Shown here: positions 18,172 to 21,369 of the stretch, in pieces | Position numbering within the stretch: position 1 is the first letter of the stretch | Layout of the letters: the number at the start of each line of letters is the position of its first letter | NCBI GenBank assembly: GCA_002269645.1 | Contig: NIVC01002861.1 | Coordinates: forward strand, 1-21,369 | From: Macrostomum lignano | Taxonomy: Eukaryota | Direction of reading: 5' to 3' | DNA length: 21,369 nt | Translations under genes and position numbers: made by a program | Notes under the pieces: model-generated | What the model was told of the DNA's origin: nothing | Databases searched by the model: none | What the model saw: the letters and a program-made list of their open reading frames with translations, nothing else

Positions 18172-19608
18172 TATGGGCATCTCAGCTGGGTATCTAAGCT
18201 TTGATATATCACAGCTTTAGTGGGGATCTAAGCTTTGATATATCACAGCTTTAGTGGGTATCTCAGCTTTGATATATCACAGCTTCAGTGGGTATCTCAG
18301 TTCTCATCTATCAGTTTCAGTGGGTATCTCAGCTCTCATGTATCAGTTTCAGTGGGTATCTCAGCTCTCATGTATCAGTTTCACTGGGTATCTCAGCTCT
18401 CATATATCAGCTTCACTGGTTATCTCAGCTCTCATATATCAGCTTCACTGGTTATCTCAGCTCTCGTATATCAGCTTCACTGGTTATCTCAGCTCTCATA
18501 TATCAGCTTCACTGGTTATCTCAGCTCTCATATATCAGCTTCACTGGTTATCTCAGCTCTCATATATCAGCTTCACTGGTTATCTCAGCTCTCATATATC
18601 AGCTTCACTGGTTATCTCAGCTCTCATATATCACAGTTTCACTGGTTATCTCAGCTCTCATATATCAGCTTCACTGGTTATCTCAGCTCTCATATATCAC
18701 AGCTTCACTGGTTATCTCAGCTCTCATATATCACAGCTTCACTGGTTATCTCAGCTCTCATATATCAGCTTCACTGGTTATCTCAGCTCTCATATATCAC
18801 AGCTTCACTGGTTATCTCAGCTCTCATATATCAGCTTCACTGGTTATCTCAGCTCTCATATATCACAGCTTCACTGGTTATCTCAGCTCTCATATATCAC
18901 AGCTTCACTGGTTATCTCAGCTCTCATATATCAGCTTCACTGGTTATCTCAGCTCTCATATATCAGCTTCACTGGTTATCTCAGCTCTCATATATCAGCT
19001 TCACTGGTTATCTCAGCTCTCATATATCAGCTTCACTGGTTATCTCAGCTCTCATATATCACAGTTTCACTGGTTATCTCAGCTCTCATATATCAGCTTC
19101 ACTGGTTATCTCAGCTCTCATATATCACAGCTTCACTGGTTATCTCAGCTCTCATATATCACAGCTTCACTGGTTATCTCAGCTCTCATATATCAGCTTC
19201 ACTGGTTATCTCAGCTCTCATATATCACAGCTTCACTGGTTATCTCAGCTCTCATATATCAGCTTCACTGGTTATCTCAGCTCTCATATATCACAGCTTC
19301 ACTGGTTATCTCAGCTCTCATATATCACAGCTTCACTGGTTATCTCAGCTCTCATATATCAGCTTCACTGGTTATCTCAGCTCTCATATATCACAGCTTC
19401 ACTGGTTATCTCAGCTCTCATATATCAGCTTCACTGGTTATCTCAGCTCTCATATATCACAGCTTCACTGGTTATCTCAGCTCTCATATATCACAGCTTC
19501 ACTGGTTATCTCAGCTCTCATATATCAGCTTCACTGGTTATCTCAGCTCTCATATATCACAGTTTCACTGGTTATCTCAGCTCTCATATATCAGTTTCAC
19601 TGGGTACC
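18172..19608. repeat. Intronic minisatellite with mixed 32/34-bp units TATC(AC)AGCTTCACTGGTTATCTCAGCTCTCATA, about 44 copies
   Basis: Directly visible; period 32 (18541 to 18573), with interspersed units carrying an extra AC. Confidence 0.98.
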
Positions 19609-19708
19609 ACATTTTTTCTATTCAATGCTACAGCTTAGTTGATTTTCAAGTTGGCTCACTGTTACAATCCAACCAATGGACAGCATTACCTTGTCTTTGT
19701 GGATGCAG

Positions 19709-19825
19709 TTTAAGCGCAAAAACTTGTTAATGAACGGAGCAGCACATGCTATAGATAGACAAATGATGATACCTGTCCTGCATATGCCGATAATTCTGTG
19801 CCTTCGGTCACTGTGCATGACTAAT
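19709..19825 (+). other. Candidate downstream formin GBD/FH3 exon
   Basis: Bounded by a pyrimidine-rich ...GCAG| and |GTAAG (19826). It reads FKRKNLLMN...HMPIILCLRSLCMTN, loosely like the formin VHVCIMCLRAIMN motif. The phase does not join directly to 15537 without an extra exon. Confidence 0.3.
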
Positions 19826-20501
19826 GTAAGCCAAGTACGTCCCAACTGTGGTTTTCCATTACAGGCATCTTTCTATAAGCCAATATGTAAAGCAGCTTTA
19901 TCCTAGACTACAGTTCGCCTTTCCTTAGTATGATAAAAGAAAGAAGTGTAGATACGAGCTAGATAAGGGAAACCTGCAAACTGGAAAGTTCGGCAAAAGA
20001 AAGTAAGCGCTAGTTTTGTAAAAGATTGCCCGTTCGTTTCGTAAAGCAGTTTTTAGCACGGGGACAGACGCGGATATAATGTATTACAAGGGGAAGGAGG
20101 GGGAAGGATAAGTTTTAGCGGGACAGACAGATAGATAGAGGATGGAGCGACCTGCGTGCACTTGAATTACACCAACCTCCAGTCATACTGAGGCTGTTAG
20201 GGAATATCCATGGTTTTATAGGTATCCATAGTTCGCAGAGTTCATATCTCAGAGTTTTAATCCAATTTTGCTGTAATACTGAATGTAGGCATGGAATTAT
20301 TGATGCTACACTCTAACTTGATATAAAATATTTCTATTGACGAGACTATAGATTATATTTTGGCATAATGGTACCGACCTATGCGTTCGAATCGTATAGG
20401 TCTTTTTATAAACATTTACCTGGTTTATCAGGCAGAGAGGTCGAGAAAATGTGTATGGAATTTTTTGTATGCGCTTAAGTACGCAGATGTTAGGCAATTA
20501 C

Positions 20502-21369
20502 TAAGAGTGCACTTCAGGATCATGGGTGTTAGATAAGAGTGCACTTCAGGATCAAATGTGTTAGATAAGAGTTCACTTCAGGATCATGAGTGTTAGATAA
20601 GAGTGCACTTCAGGATCATGGGTGTTAGATAAGAGTGCACTTCAGGATCATATGTGTTAGATAAGTGTGGCACTTCAGGATCATGGGTGTTAGATAAGTG
20701 TGCACTTCGCGGATCATATGTGTTAGATAAGAGTGCACTTCAGGATCATGAGTGTTAGATAAGAGTGCACTTCAGGATCATATGTGTTAGATAAGTGTGC
20801 ACTTCAGGATCATGGGTGTTAGATAAGAGTGCACTTCAGGATCACGGGTGTTAGATAAGCGTTCACTTCAGGATCATGGGTGTTAGATAAGAGTGTGCTC
20901 AGCAGATCATGAGTGTTAGATAAGAGTGCACTGCAGGATCATGGGTGTTAGATAAGCGTTCACTTCAGGATCATGGGTGTTAGATAAGTGTGCACTTCAG
21001 GATCATGGTGTTAAATAAGAGTGCACTTCAGGATCATGGGTGTTAGATAAGTGTGCACTTCAGGATCATGGGTGTTAGATAAGTGTGCACTTCAGGATCA
21101 TGAGTGTTAGATAAGGAGTGCACTTCAGGATCAAATGTGTTAGATAAGAGTGCACTTCAGGATCATGGGTGGTTAGATAAGTGTGCACTTCAGGATCATG
21201 GTGTTAGATAAGTGTGCACCTCAGGATCATGGTGTTATGATAAGTGTGGTGCACTAAGTCAGGATCATGGGTGTTAGATAAGCGTTCACTTCAGGATCAT
21301 GAGTGTTAAGATAAGAGTGCACTTCAGGATCATATGTGTTAGATAAGTGTGCACTTCAGGATCATGGGT
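20502..21369. repeat. Minisatellite, 32-bp unit GATAAGAGTGCACTTCAGGATCATGGGTGTTA, at least 27 copies, running off the window end
   Basis: Directly visible; period 32 (20531 to 20563). Confidence 0.98.

Noticed and set aside
18235-19730. Three 460-480-aa ORFs as real proteins
   Set aside because: They arise because the repeat unit lacks + strand stops in all frames; two of the three start at non-ATG codons and all lie inside a probable intron.
15611-21369. Regular 32-34-bp repeats as CRISPR arrays
   Set aside because: The units are head-to-tail with no unique spacers, there are no cas genes, and the context is eukaryotic.

Overview
Eukaryotic (metazoan-like) genomic window. AT-rich intergenic and intronic DNA is interspersed with GC-rich coding or retroelement blocks, and about one third of the window is tandem minisatellite. 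From left to right it contains: a 23-bp array with a ~390-bp higher-order repeat; an abutting 18-bp array; an intronless 309-aa secreted protein of no recognised family (- strand); an internally deleted Tc1/IS630-like DNA transposon with 143-bp TIRs; a structurally complete 4,456-bp Ty3/Gypsy (Mag-like) LTR retrotransposon (- strand; 225-bp LTRs, AAAGA 5-bp TSD, PBS, PPT) whose gag-pol is broken by two frameshifts; and the 5' coding exons of a formin-type GBD protein (+ strand) with an apparent 1-nt frame break. The downstream intron(s) of that gene carry three 32-34-bp minisatellites, two of which appear to share an ancestor. There is no CRISPR array, rRNA, intact tRNA or prokaryotic system. 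I found no clearly novel system; the best leads are the orphan secreted protein, the non-canonical RT motif and damaged gag of a young-looking retroelement, and the formin gene structure. The style of the sequence is reminiscent of a free-living flatworm such as Macrostomum, but that is only an impression. All coordinates and identities were counted by hand.
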